Shown here: positions 56,809-64,000 of the stretch, in pieces
Position numbering within the stretch: the first letter of the stretch is position 1
Layout of the letters: every line of letters begins with the position of its first letter
Source of the DNA: a virus
Virus record (IMG/VR): IMGVR_UViG_3300028597_000007
Length of the DNA stretch: 64,000 nt
Strand: one strand, 5' to 3'
Program-made: the position numbers and the translations under genes
The notes under the pieces: generated by a model
What the model saw: the letters and a program-made list of their open reading frames with translations, nothing else
What the model was told of the DNA's origin: nothing
The model's database searches: none

Positions 56809-57256
56809 TGAGCAATCAGCCAGAGACCCGAACAAGAAGGCATGGCAACACGAGTGCCCCCTTGAAATCGAGGTTGACCAGACCGCAGCTGTTGTAATTG
56901 TCGAGTCAGAGGTGCTGGCCGGCATCTATGACATGCTGCGTCGTAAGCGTTTTCGAATGGGTGTTCCTATGGACGCCCCGCAAAGCGCATGGCTACACAA
57001 GGTCTCCCAGGCGGTGGGTATCTGCCTCAATGACTACCACATGGAGCGTTTCTACGACGCTAACTGTTTGGCCATTGGCACCTTGCTCATGAATGAGTTG
57101 ATGGACGACCTCCGTGAAAGCATGACTTGGGTAGCCAACGTGTACTGGGAGGACGTTATCGGCTTCTCCGTAATCAGTGGCACCACAAAGGTGATGCTAC
57201 ACTTCTCTCAAGAGGATCTTGACAATGGCGGTATCATTGCGCAGCTTGGCGCCTAA
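56780..57256 (+). CDS. possible paralog array member
   Basis: VVIVESEVLAGIYD (weak match). Confidence 0.6.
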   Translation: MIESNPPEADEQSARDPNKKAWQHECPLEIEVDQTAAVVIVESEVLAGIYDMLRRKRFRMGVPMDAPQSAWLHKVSQAVGICLNDYHMERFYDANCLAIGTLLMNELMDDLRESMTWVANVYWEDVIGFSVISGTTKVMLHFSQEDLDNGGIIAQLGA

Positions 57257-57638
57257 TACCAAGATCAACCTCGTTGCCAGAATGCAAATCCAAGGACGTA
57301 CCACGTTCACGGGCTACACATTCCAGGGCGAGGTTCCAATGGCGGTTGCCGGCATGTTTGCCGGTGACCTGCGCGCTTTGGTGGCCCAGACCAAGGCGTA
57401 CTTCCGCAGTGGTTCTTCGGCCGACGAGAACAAGATCAACTACATCTTGCTCAAGCAGTCGGAGTCCACCCCGGTGTTCGTAATCCCTGAGCCACTGATC
57501 GAGTTGACCTCGGTGCAAGTGGCCGGGTCTACCGTGTACGACGTGGTGGTTCGTGATGGCATTACCGAGCAGGAGTTGCAGAACATCCTGTCCGGTAACG
57601 GTCTCAAGGACTTCTCTGTCACCGCACGACAGGTGTAG
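57225..57638 (+). CDS. conserved-looking small beta-rich protein of the phiKZ-like core region
   Basis: NYILLKQ...VFVIPEPLI...ELQNILSGNG. Confidence 0.65.
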   Translation: MAVSLRSLAPNTKINLVARMQIQGRTTFTGYTFQGEVPMAVAGMFAGDLRALVAQTKAYFRSGSSADENKINYILLKQSESTPVFVIPEPLIELTSVQVAGSTVYDVVVRDGITEQELQNILSGNGLKDFSVTARQV

Positions 57639-57640
57639 CC

Positions 57641-57997
57641 ATGTCCACCTACTCCGGCGTAGACGGGCTACTGCGGATAGCCCCCGGCCAACCTTTGGAT
57701 CTCACTCCGTGCCTGGAAGAGATTCACAAGGTTGGTCGGGACTACCGGGTCTTCTTTAAGGTTGGCTCTATCGAACTGGAGGATGATACCTACAGCGTCG
57801 AACAGTCGACCCAACACGTGATGTCCAGCGTGGGTGGAACCAGTGAGTCGTTTAGCTTTGAAGTAGACGACGAAGCGACACCTACGATCCGCAGCGTAGA
57901 TTTTGCGCTGGGTACCAAGAACGACCTCTACCTCTCGGCATGTGATGCGAGGGTGAGGTCGATCATCTTGGAAGATATGTACATCCTCGCCCCCTAA
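57641..57997 (+). CDS. hypothetical protein
   Basis: ORF packing. Confidence 0.6.
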   Translation: MSTYSGVDGLLRIAPGQPLDLTPCLEEIHKVGRDYRVFFKVGSIELEDDTYSVEQSTQHVMSSVGGTSESFSFEVDDEATPTIRSVDFALGTKNDLYLSACDARVRSIILEDMYILAP

Positions 57998-58025
57998 TTT
58001 TTTTGTCTCAAAACAGGTGCCCAGC

Positions 58026-58649
58026 ATGGCTCGCGACGTAAAACTCAATCAGCGAATGCTCATGATGCTCGAATCGTTGGACAACGAGGACGCATCCGGC
58101 AAAGCTACCCAAGAAGTCGAACACGTTTTCTACGGCAAGATCGCCGACGCCAACCAGTTGGCTGAACTGGCCAAGCAGCCGTACGTGACCAAGTTCTTGC
58201 AGGAGCAATCCCAGTGCAAGATCCTGATCAAGTCTGCTGCTGACAACCCGCCGACCCTGCGCGTGCGCCGCATCAACCGCGAGTCCTGCGTGATCACCCG
58301 TAAGGTGTTCGTGCCTGGCCAAGCTGGCATGATGGAAGACACCAAGGAATGCGGTGAAGCGCTGTACGACTTCCTCTCCCAGACCTTCGGCGAAGCGATG
58401 ACCAAAATGCGCTACGTCATCCAGCCAGAAGGTCAGAAGAAGTTGGAACTCGACGTGTTCCTCGACCGTCACGGTAATGCCTTGGGCTACGCCAAGTTCG
58501 ACTTCGAAGTGGAAAGCGCCGATGAGGCCTGTCCGCAACTGCCGCTCACCCTGACCGACCTGAAACACGTTGACCCGTACAAAGGTTCCGACGTAGATCG
58601 CGCCGCCCTGCGCGAGTTCATGCAGATGATGACTTACAAGACCATGTAA
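58026..58649 (+). CDS. CYTH / triphosphate-tunnel metalloenzyme-like protein
   Basis: QEVEH (ExExK-like), LRVRR, KMRY, LELDVF, DFEVE. Confidence 0.7.
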   Translation: MARDVKLNQRMLMMLESLDNEDASGKATQEVEHVFYGKIADANQLAELAKQPYVTKFLQEQSQCKILIKSAADNPPTLRVRRINRESCVITRKVFVPGQAGMMEDTKECGEALYDFLSQTFGEAMTKMRYVIQPEGQKKLELDVFLDRHGNALGYAKFDFEVESADEACPQLPLTLTDLKHVDPYKGSDVDRAALREFMQMMTYKTM

Positions 58650-58739
58650 GTTGGTGGCCAGCCTTCGGGCTGGTCGCTATGCCGTCGTTTAGAATGAGCT
58701 GGGGACATTAAGTAGTCCCGCACACATAAGACATTTCCC

Positions 58740-59165
58740 ATGGACACACATTTCATTGGTAAAGTGGCGCTCGATGAGGTAATCGCTGACTTCCGTGATT
58801 ACCTGATTACCGAACGCGGCTTCAAAGAGTTGGCAGATGCTCTCCCCAACGAGTATCTGGCCCAAGAGTTTGAGTACATTGCAAAGGGTACAGTGAACCG
58901 TCACTACCTCAACATGCACGAACACCTGGAGCGCACCCGCGAGATCTTTACGTCGTTCAGTGATGAGACCGCCGCAGAAGCAGAAGACCTCGCCGACGAG
59001 ATGTACATCCTTCTACGCGATGAGTTTGGTCCAGGGTTCAGCAAAACCAAGGCAGTATACACGGTCAGTCGCGTCAACGACAATCTGTGCATTAATCTGT
59101 TAGCCTCTGGCGAAGCAGTCCACTACGGGATTGATCTTAAATCCCTTGCAGAACAGGTCTCCTGA
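58740..59165 (+). CDS. acidic protein, paralog array-like
   Basis: GKVALDEVIADFRDY. Confidence 0.65.
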   Translation: MDTHFIGKVALDEVIADFRDYLITERGFKELADALPNEYLAQEFEYIAKGTVNRHYLNMHEHLERTREIFTSFSDETAAEAEDLADEMYILLRDEFGPGFSKTKAVYTVSRVNDNLCINLLASGEAVHYGIDLKSLAEQVS

Positions 59166-61510
59166 TGGAACACTTCCTGCTGTCACCCGAGCAGTACCAG
59201 CGGGACCTGAACGTGGTCCGCACCTACATGCACGACAATGCCTTCTTCCTGACGAAGATGCGTGGCCGTGACTACGAGTACAACGTTGAGTGGATTCGCA
59301 AGACCATTGGTCGTGATGGTAAGTTCCCCATCAAGAACCCGCTCGTCACCATCATCGACAAGGATAAGAATGGTGACCGCTTCATCCGTAAGGTAGGTTA
59401 TCTCAACTACCTCAAGAACATCGTTGCCAAAGACCTCATCTGCGCCCCTTCCATGACCACCTATGTGCGTCCAGAAGTGCGCAAGTCCATGATGGGGGTT
59501 TACATCAACGGCAACATGGACCTGCGTAACGGTGCTAAGGCTGAGGCTCTCGAAGCTAAGCTGATGGCTTCCTCGTATGGTGGTAAGGTAGCCGAGCTGC
59601 TGGAGCAACCCCAAACTCCAGCTCGTGACGCAGCCCTGGCCGACTACGAACTCAAACAGGCCCAAGAGAAGAACAAGGCCGGTATTAAGAACAACGAACA
59701 GACCTCGCACAAGATCTTCAACAACGGGATCTCGGGCATGCAGACCATCGGGTCTACTCCGTTCGTTCTGGTATCCGCCCACTCCTCCCTGACATCTGGC
59801 TGTCGCTCCGCCGTGTCATACGGCAACGCCGCCATTGAACGTTTCGTTGCAGGTAGCCGTCACTACTGGTCGCCTGAAGTTGTGATTGCGCAGATACTTT
59901 CTATTTGCCGCAATACCAACTACGACAAACTGAAGAAGGTCATCGAGAAGTACAACCTGTACATCCCGACCCAGGAAGACATCATCGCCGCCATTCGTTA
60001 CTCGACCAGCCTGTATTGGTCACACGAGGAATCGATGGAAGAGATCGGTGAACTGGTTCAGACCCTGGACGGGTACGAGCGCGCTGCGTTCCTTTACACG
60101 GGTGACATGTATCACCTGCGTAAGTACAACGATGCGTTCATGAATGGTTTCCTGACCGAACTGGAAACAGTCGGCGGCGCCGATCACCCTGATCCAATCG
60201 CCGGTATCAAGAAGGTTAAAGGTGACCACAAGGCACTGGCTCTGATTCTGTGCTCTGAGGTAACTGCCGGTAAGTCGATCAAGGATATGATCGATAAGCA
60301 GGACCTGCAAGCGCTGGGCATGGTCTGCAATACCCATGCCAACATCATGGCTACCTTGGATAAGTACCATGACCTGATTGAGATCCTTTGGACTTCGCTC
60401 AACGTTCCGCCAAACATCAGCCGTACTCGTGACATTCGTCGCCGTTCGGTTGTAGGTTCCGACACTGACTCCTGTCTGTTCACTGTGCGCGAGTGGGTCA
60501 AGTGGAAGAACGGCGAAGCCTCGTTCAACAAACCATGCCAGGCTACTTGGCACTCGGTTGTGTTCTTGGCTTGCCAGGTTGTAACCCACACCCTCGCCTG
60601 TCTGTCTGCTGGCATGGGCGTGCGTGGTGAAGACGTCCTTAAGCTGGCAATGAAGAACGAATACGCCTTCTCGGCATTCGGCCTTACCAACATCGCCAAG
60701 CACTACGTTGCATCGATGATCGCTCAAGAAGGTGGCGTTTATACCAAAGCCGACTTGGAGATCAAAGGCGTTCAGTACAAGGACTCCAACTCCCCGCCAG
60801 AAATCATCGAAGAGGACAACGCGTATATCGAATCCGTCATGGATCAGATCTACGCAACTGGTCACTTTGAGATGATGCCAATCTTGAAGTCTATGGCGCA
60901 GACTGAAAAGAATGTGACTGAGTCCATCAAGAAGGGTGACACCAAGTACCTGAAGTCGGCTTACGTGCGTCCTAAGGAAGACTACAAAAAGCCAATGTCG
61001 TCAAACTACTTCCACTACCTTCTGTGGGAGAAAGCGTTCTCGCACAAGTACGGGGCCACGCCATCACTCCCGTACCGTGCTGTGAAAATCTCTGTTGATC
61101 TGCCGAACAAGACCGCCATCAAGAAGTGGGTCGACGGCATTGAAGACGACACCATGAGAAACGCTTTGTATGAGCTGTATGTGTACGGAGATGGTGGTGG
61201 TGCCGATGATGATGAGTTGGCGCCGGGTGAGATCAGTGCCAAGGAAGCGGACAGCGAGGAAACCACCGAGCAGCCCGAGGAAGCACCAAAGAGCAAAGAT
61301 GCTCCGATGAAGCCCAAGGTCAAGATCACATCGTTCCTGATGCCTCTGGACCTCGTGCAGTTGAACGGTATCCCAGAAGAGATTCTTCGGGTAGCAGACG
61401 TACGTCGTCAGACTTACTCGACGGTATCGCCCTTCTACCTGTGTGCTGAAACTCTGGGTTTGCCAATGATCAACGCCAACCTCACCACCCTCTTGTCAGA
61501 CATGCTCTAA
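59165..61510 (+). CDS. family-B DNA polymerase, polymerase subunit of split phiKZ-type enzyme
   Basis: KIFNNGISG (motif B), GSDTDSCLF (motif C), AMKNE, IKGV; no exonuclease or motif A region visible. Confidence 0.85.
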   Translation: MEHFLLSPEQYQRDLNVVRTYMHDNAFFLTKMRGRDYEYNVEWIRKTIGRDGKFPIKNPLVTIIDKDKNGDRFIRKVGYLNYLKNIVAKDLICAPSMTTYVRPEVRKSMMGVYINGNMDLRNGAKAEALEAKLMASSYGGKVAELLEQPQTPARDAALADYELKQAQEKNKAGIKNNEQTSHKIFNNGISGMQTIGSTPFVLVSAHSSLTSGCRSAVSYGNAAIERFVAGSRHYWSPEVVIAQILSICRNTNYDKLKKVIEKYNLYIPTQEDIIAAIRYSTSLYWSHEESMEEIGELVQTLDGYERAAFLYTGDMYHLRKYNDAFMNGFLTELETVGGADHPDPIAGIKKVKGDHKALALILCSEVTAGKSIKDMIDKQDLQALGMVCNTHANIMATLDKYHDLIEILWTSLNVPPNISRTRDIRRRSVVGSDTDSCLFTVREWVKWKNGEASFNKPCQATWHSVVFLACQVVTHTLACLSAGMGVRGEDVLKLAMKNEYAFSAFGLTNIAKHYVASMIAQEGGVYTKADLEIKGVQYKDSNSPPEIIEEDNAYIESVMDQIYATGHFEMMPILKSMAQTEKNVTESIKKGDTKYLKSAYVRPKEDYKKPMSSNYFHYLLWEKAFSHKYGATPSLPYRAVKISVDLPNKTAIKKWVDGIEDDTMRNALYELYVYGDGGGADDDELAPGEISAKEADSEETTEQPEEAPKSKDAPMKPKVKITSFLMPLDLVQLNGIPEEILRVADVRRQTYSTVSPFYLCAETLGLPMINANLTTLLSDML

Positions 61511-61523
61511 ATAACCCGGACTG

Positions 61524-61545
61524 AAACCTAGACTATCCATGTGAA
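61524..61545 (+). promoter_or_regulatory. phage promoter-like motif
   Basis: aaacctagactatccatgtgaa. Confidence 0.6.
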
Positions 61546-61596
61546 CTGTCTGGGTGATAAGTCCGGGCAATTCATTTGACGAGATAGGAGCATCTC

Positions 61597-61872
61597 ATGA
61601 AAGGTTATTTCCATTTCCGTGGAATCCGTTCTTTGACTTTAGGGCAGTCATTGGACGGGGAGCGTAACCCCAAGTTCGACGTAGTGCTGGAACCTGGTGC
61701 TGAAATCTTCGATGCTGCTACAGTTGTCGATGGGGAACCATCCGAGTATCTGTACGTGTTCGGTGACGTCAGGCATCATGCCTACCTTTACGACGAGAAA
61801 GAAAACGATAAGGATGCCTACCGCGAAGTTATCCGGCAATGGCAAGCCTTCAAAGAAAAGGAGTGTGTATAG
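61597..61872 (+). CDS. hypothetical protein
   Basis: aggag RBS. Confidence 0.6.
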   Translation: MKGYFHFRGIRSLTLGQSLDGERNPKFDVVLEPGAEIFDAATVVDGEPSEYLYVFGDVRHHAYLYDEKENDKDAYREVIRQWQAFKEKECV

Positions 61873-62076
61873 TTGAATCCGATAGAGGCGATTGCCTTCA
61901 TCATGGCCTTAGTCATCGAAGCTGGTAAAAAGCTCTGCATGGTTCTGGGCATCTTGCTGTACGTTTGCTTTGCAGTTTATCAGCCGTTGGCTGCACTGAT
62001 CTGCATCGTTGTCTTCTTTGCCGCCAAACCCCATGTGGTGAAGTGGTATCGTAAACGGCGGCAAGAAGAATGTTGA
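61873..62076 (+). CDS. small membrane protein
   Basis: two hydrophobic segments and a basic C-terminus. Confidence 0.55.
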   Translation: MNPIEAIAFIMALVIEAGKKLCMVLGILLYVCFAVYQPLAALICIVVFFAAKPHVVKWYRKRRQEEC

Positions 62077-62171
62077 AGTGGGCGACTCGAATCGCGATGG
62101 CCATATTGGTGATCGAGTTGATTATCGTGGTTCCTCCGGCTTTATACTGGTGGGCCACGATTCTGCTTTGA
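62070..62171 (+). CDS. 33-aa membrane peptide (not in ORF track)
   Basis: MLKWATRIAMAILVIELIIVVPPALYWWATILL*, overlapping the upstream stop region. Confidence 0.4.
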   Translation: MLKWATRIAMAILVIELIIVVPPALYWWATILL

Positions 62172-62172
62172 C

Positions 62173-62215
62173 GGCATACTGCCCCTGCCTTCTGGCAGGG
62201 GCAGCGCTTTATGCC
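62173..62215. terminator. GCATA/TATGC-family hairpin between convergent genes
   Basis: ggcata-ctgcccctgcc-ttct-ggcaggggcag-cgctttatgcc. Confidence 0.8.
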
Positions 62216-63303
62216 ATTGCTTGAGTAAGTAGTGCATCCAGCTTCAAGGTTACGTCCTGAAGCGTGCGGCGGTCCAATGCAGAGGACATGCCATTCGCTC
62301 CAGTGACGCGACCAATGATTCGGCGGATGTCATTGATGGGATACATCTTCGAATGGTTCGGTTCTACTCGCCCCAATGCCCAAAGGTAGCGGAGCAAGTT
62401 GTAACGACCCAGTACCAACGCCCAAGTCACTTGAGCAGTTGGAGCATACTGACCAACCGAAGTCGCTCGCCCCAGAGTACCAACCAGGGGAACAGGCAGG
62501 GTACCAATGAGCTTCTCAAAGGTCGTCTGTTTGGAGAGCATTATTTTGGTAAAGGTCTCGAAGATCTTCTGACCAGATGCCGTTCGATCGATGTAACTTT
62601 TCGAAAGGCGGACTGGAACATTGTTGACGGGCAGACCTTCTGCAATGGCGCAGCAGCGGTTCATGATGGCGATAGCGTACTGGCTGAATTTCAGACGGGG
62701 CAATACGTGCATCGCCACATACATCTGCGGGGTACGCTTGTACTTCTCCTCGCTGGCCAGCTGCTCCCGCATCCAGAGGGTGTACTGCAACATCAACAGC
62801 CCAAGGTCAATCTCGATAACATCCAACCCTAGCCCGATGAGGTCTTCGCTTTCAGCGTTGTTCCCCAGGGTAAGGTTGGTGGAGTCATGACTCAGGAACC
62901 GGATGGGATTCATGTCCCAGTAAGGCGTCGACCGCGTGACACCACGGCGGAACGGCGACTCACCGATCAGGTAGACTGTCTTGTTGCCAGAGTCACCAAT
63001 GTGAATGCGCCCTGCGTTCGATTGCGACGTGAACCCAAAGGTCATGGCGATCTCATTTGCGAGATAACCCGACCTGCGATAAATGTCTTCAACTGTGCGC
63101 GAAAGGTCGTAGCCCACTTTCTGGGCAAGGGTGGTAAGCATGCTGACCATCCAATGATCAGCGGGTACGTCAGACACATCCGTGGCCCTCCATTTAAGGT
63201 AGGCTTGGATGTCCTGCGTGTAGTTCTCGATGAACTGCCTGGATGCTCCCACAGGCGAGACTTCAACGTCTTCTGGTAGCGATCCGCCGGTGAGATCAAA
63301 CAT
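62209..63303 (-). CDS. conserved-looking protein between DNA polymerase and ChmA
   Basis: ~365-aa ORF in phiKZ-like synteny position; start at MFDLT. Confidence 0.7.
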   Translation of the reverse strand: MFDLTGGSLPEDVEVSPVGASRQFIENYTQDIQAYLKWRATDVSDVPADHWMVSMLTTLAQKVGYDLSRTVEDIYRRSGYLANEIAMTFGFTSQSNAGRIHIGDSGNKTVYLIGESPFRRGVTRSTPYWDMNPIRFLSHDSTNLTLGNNAESEDLIGLGLDVIEIDLGLLMLQYTLWMREQLASEEKYKRTPQMYVAMHVLPRLKFSQYAIAIMNRCCAIAEGLPVNNVPVRLSKSYIDRTASGQKIFETFTKIMLSKQTTFEKLIGTLPVPLVGTLGRATSVGQYAPTAQVTWALVLGRYNLLRYLWALGRVEPNHSKMYPINDIRRIIGRVTGANGMSSALDRRTLQDVTLKLDALLTQAMA

Positions 63304-63465
63304 TGGGGGAATCCTTTTGGGCGGTGTGTGAGGGGTCAAAAGATAGACCAGCGTGTTAAACTCACACAGGTGTTCCTATGGTATAGCTAGAAAGCTCTCC
63401 GCACTGAAAGGTGCATTAACCCTTTGCCGCCGGTTTAGAATAATGGCATGAAATAAACTCTTCTC

Positions 63466-63487
63466 AGAACTGAATTATCATTGTGAA
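63466..63487 (+). promoter_or_regulatory. phage promoter-like motif upstream of putative chmA
   Basis: agaactgaattatcattgtgaa. Confidence 0.65.
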
Positions 63488-63542
63488 TCGTTCTGGGGAT
63501 TGATGATTCATGGCCACCTAAATCCCTCTAAGGAGACGGATA

Positions 63543-64000
63543 ATGTCCGTTGAAAAGAAGCAAAGCGCATCGGGTGGTAACATCATGGCAGAAGCCTTTA
63601 AAAGGGCCGGCCTTGACACCCAAGCGCAAGTGGAGCCTGCGACGTCTGCAGCGAAGCCCGCTGTGGATATCCAGGAACCTGCAGTACGACAACAGCCAGC
63701 CCAGCAACGCGAAGCTATTGTCGATCAATCTATTAACGTTAATAAGGACAGCATCACCATGAGCAACACTGATCAATACACCCAAGGTCGCCGCGACGCA
63801 AAATCGTTCAACACCCTGAACGACCTGGGCGCTCGTCGCCTGCGTCCTCTGTCGCGCTCTGCCGGCTCCGTCCGTGCCAAAGAGCTGCAGACTGCAATCG
63901 AGAAAGAACTGAAGGCCGGTCTGAAGGCTGACGGTGTTTCCGAATGGGCCGTGCAGATCATGGACGCCGCCCAGCTGAACCTGCCGACTTCGTCGGTTGT
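63543..64000 (+). CDS. chmA: chimallin (nuclear shell protein) N-terminus, partial
   Basis: Own translation: low-complexity N-terminus then NTLNDLGARRLRPLSRSAGSVRAKELQTAIEKEL...QIMDAAQLNLPTSSV, resembling recalled ChmA N-terminal segments; aaggag RBS; expected synteny after DNA polymerase. Confidence 0.7.
   Translation, partial: MSVEKKQSASGGNIMAEAFKRAGLDTQAQVEPATSAAKPAVDIQEPAVRQQPAQQREAIVDQSINVNKDSITMSNTDQYTQGRRDAKSFNTLNDLGARRLRPLSRSAGSVRAKELQTAIEKELKAGLKADGVSEWAVQIMDAAQLNLPTSSV

Noticed and set aside
1-64000. CRISPR array, tRNA genes, rRNA, IS elements
   Set aside because: No regularly spaced direct repeats, cloverleaf/T-loop signatures, rRNA motifs or transposase motifs found by eye; a tRNAscan/CRISPR scan was not run.
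1-64000. Alternative genetic code
   Set aside because: Conserved enzymes (Tmk, Dcd, ThyA, PhuZ, PolB) are full length in the standard code.

Overview
This window is a ~64 kb segment of a nucleus-forming (Chimalliviridae / phiKZ-like) jumbo phage genome. The family call rests on PhuZ tubulin (50415-51467), the polymerase half of a split family-B DNA polymerase (59165-61510) and, at the right edge, an ORF missing from the ORF track that looks like the N-terminus of chimallin/ChmA (63543-64000). Left to right the window holds: (1) a minus-strand block of about 15 paralogous virion/tail-type genes (277-12461); (2) dTTP-supply genes (tmk, DHFR, dcd, thyA) mixed with accessory genes (DUF488-like, AP2-like, NADAR-like, SspB, degenerate GIY-YIG, ChaN/TraB-like, SLOG, HslV-like); (3) a long run of hypothetical genes; (4) an unusual non-coding region at a strand switch (46962-47515); (5) the PhuZ / paralog array / DNA polymerase / ChmA core. 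The most striking observation is a ~610 nt ORF-free, densely base-paired element (19218-19829). Its helix order and several colinear sequence blocks resemble bacterial RNase P RNA, but its P4-equivalent helix is altered and it has extra domains. It is closed by the same GCATA/TATGC stem that brackets a family of intergenic hairpins dispersed across the window. A 22-bp phage promoter-like motif occurs 9 times. All assignments are by eye and from recalled family motifs; no search or folding program was run.
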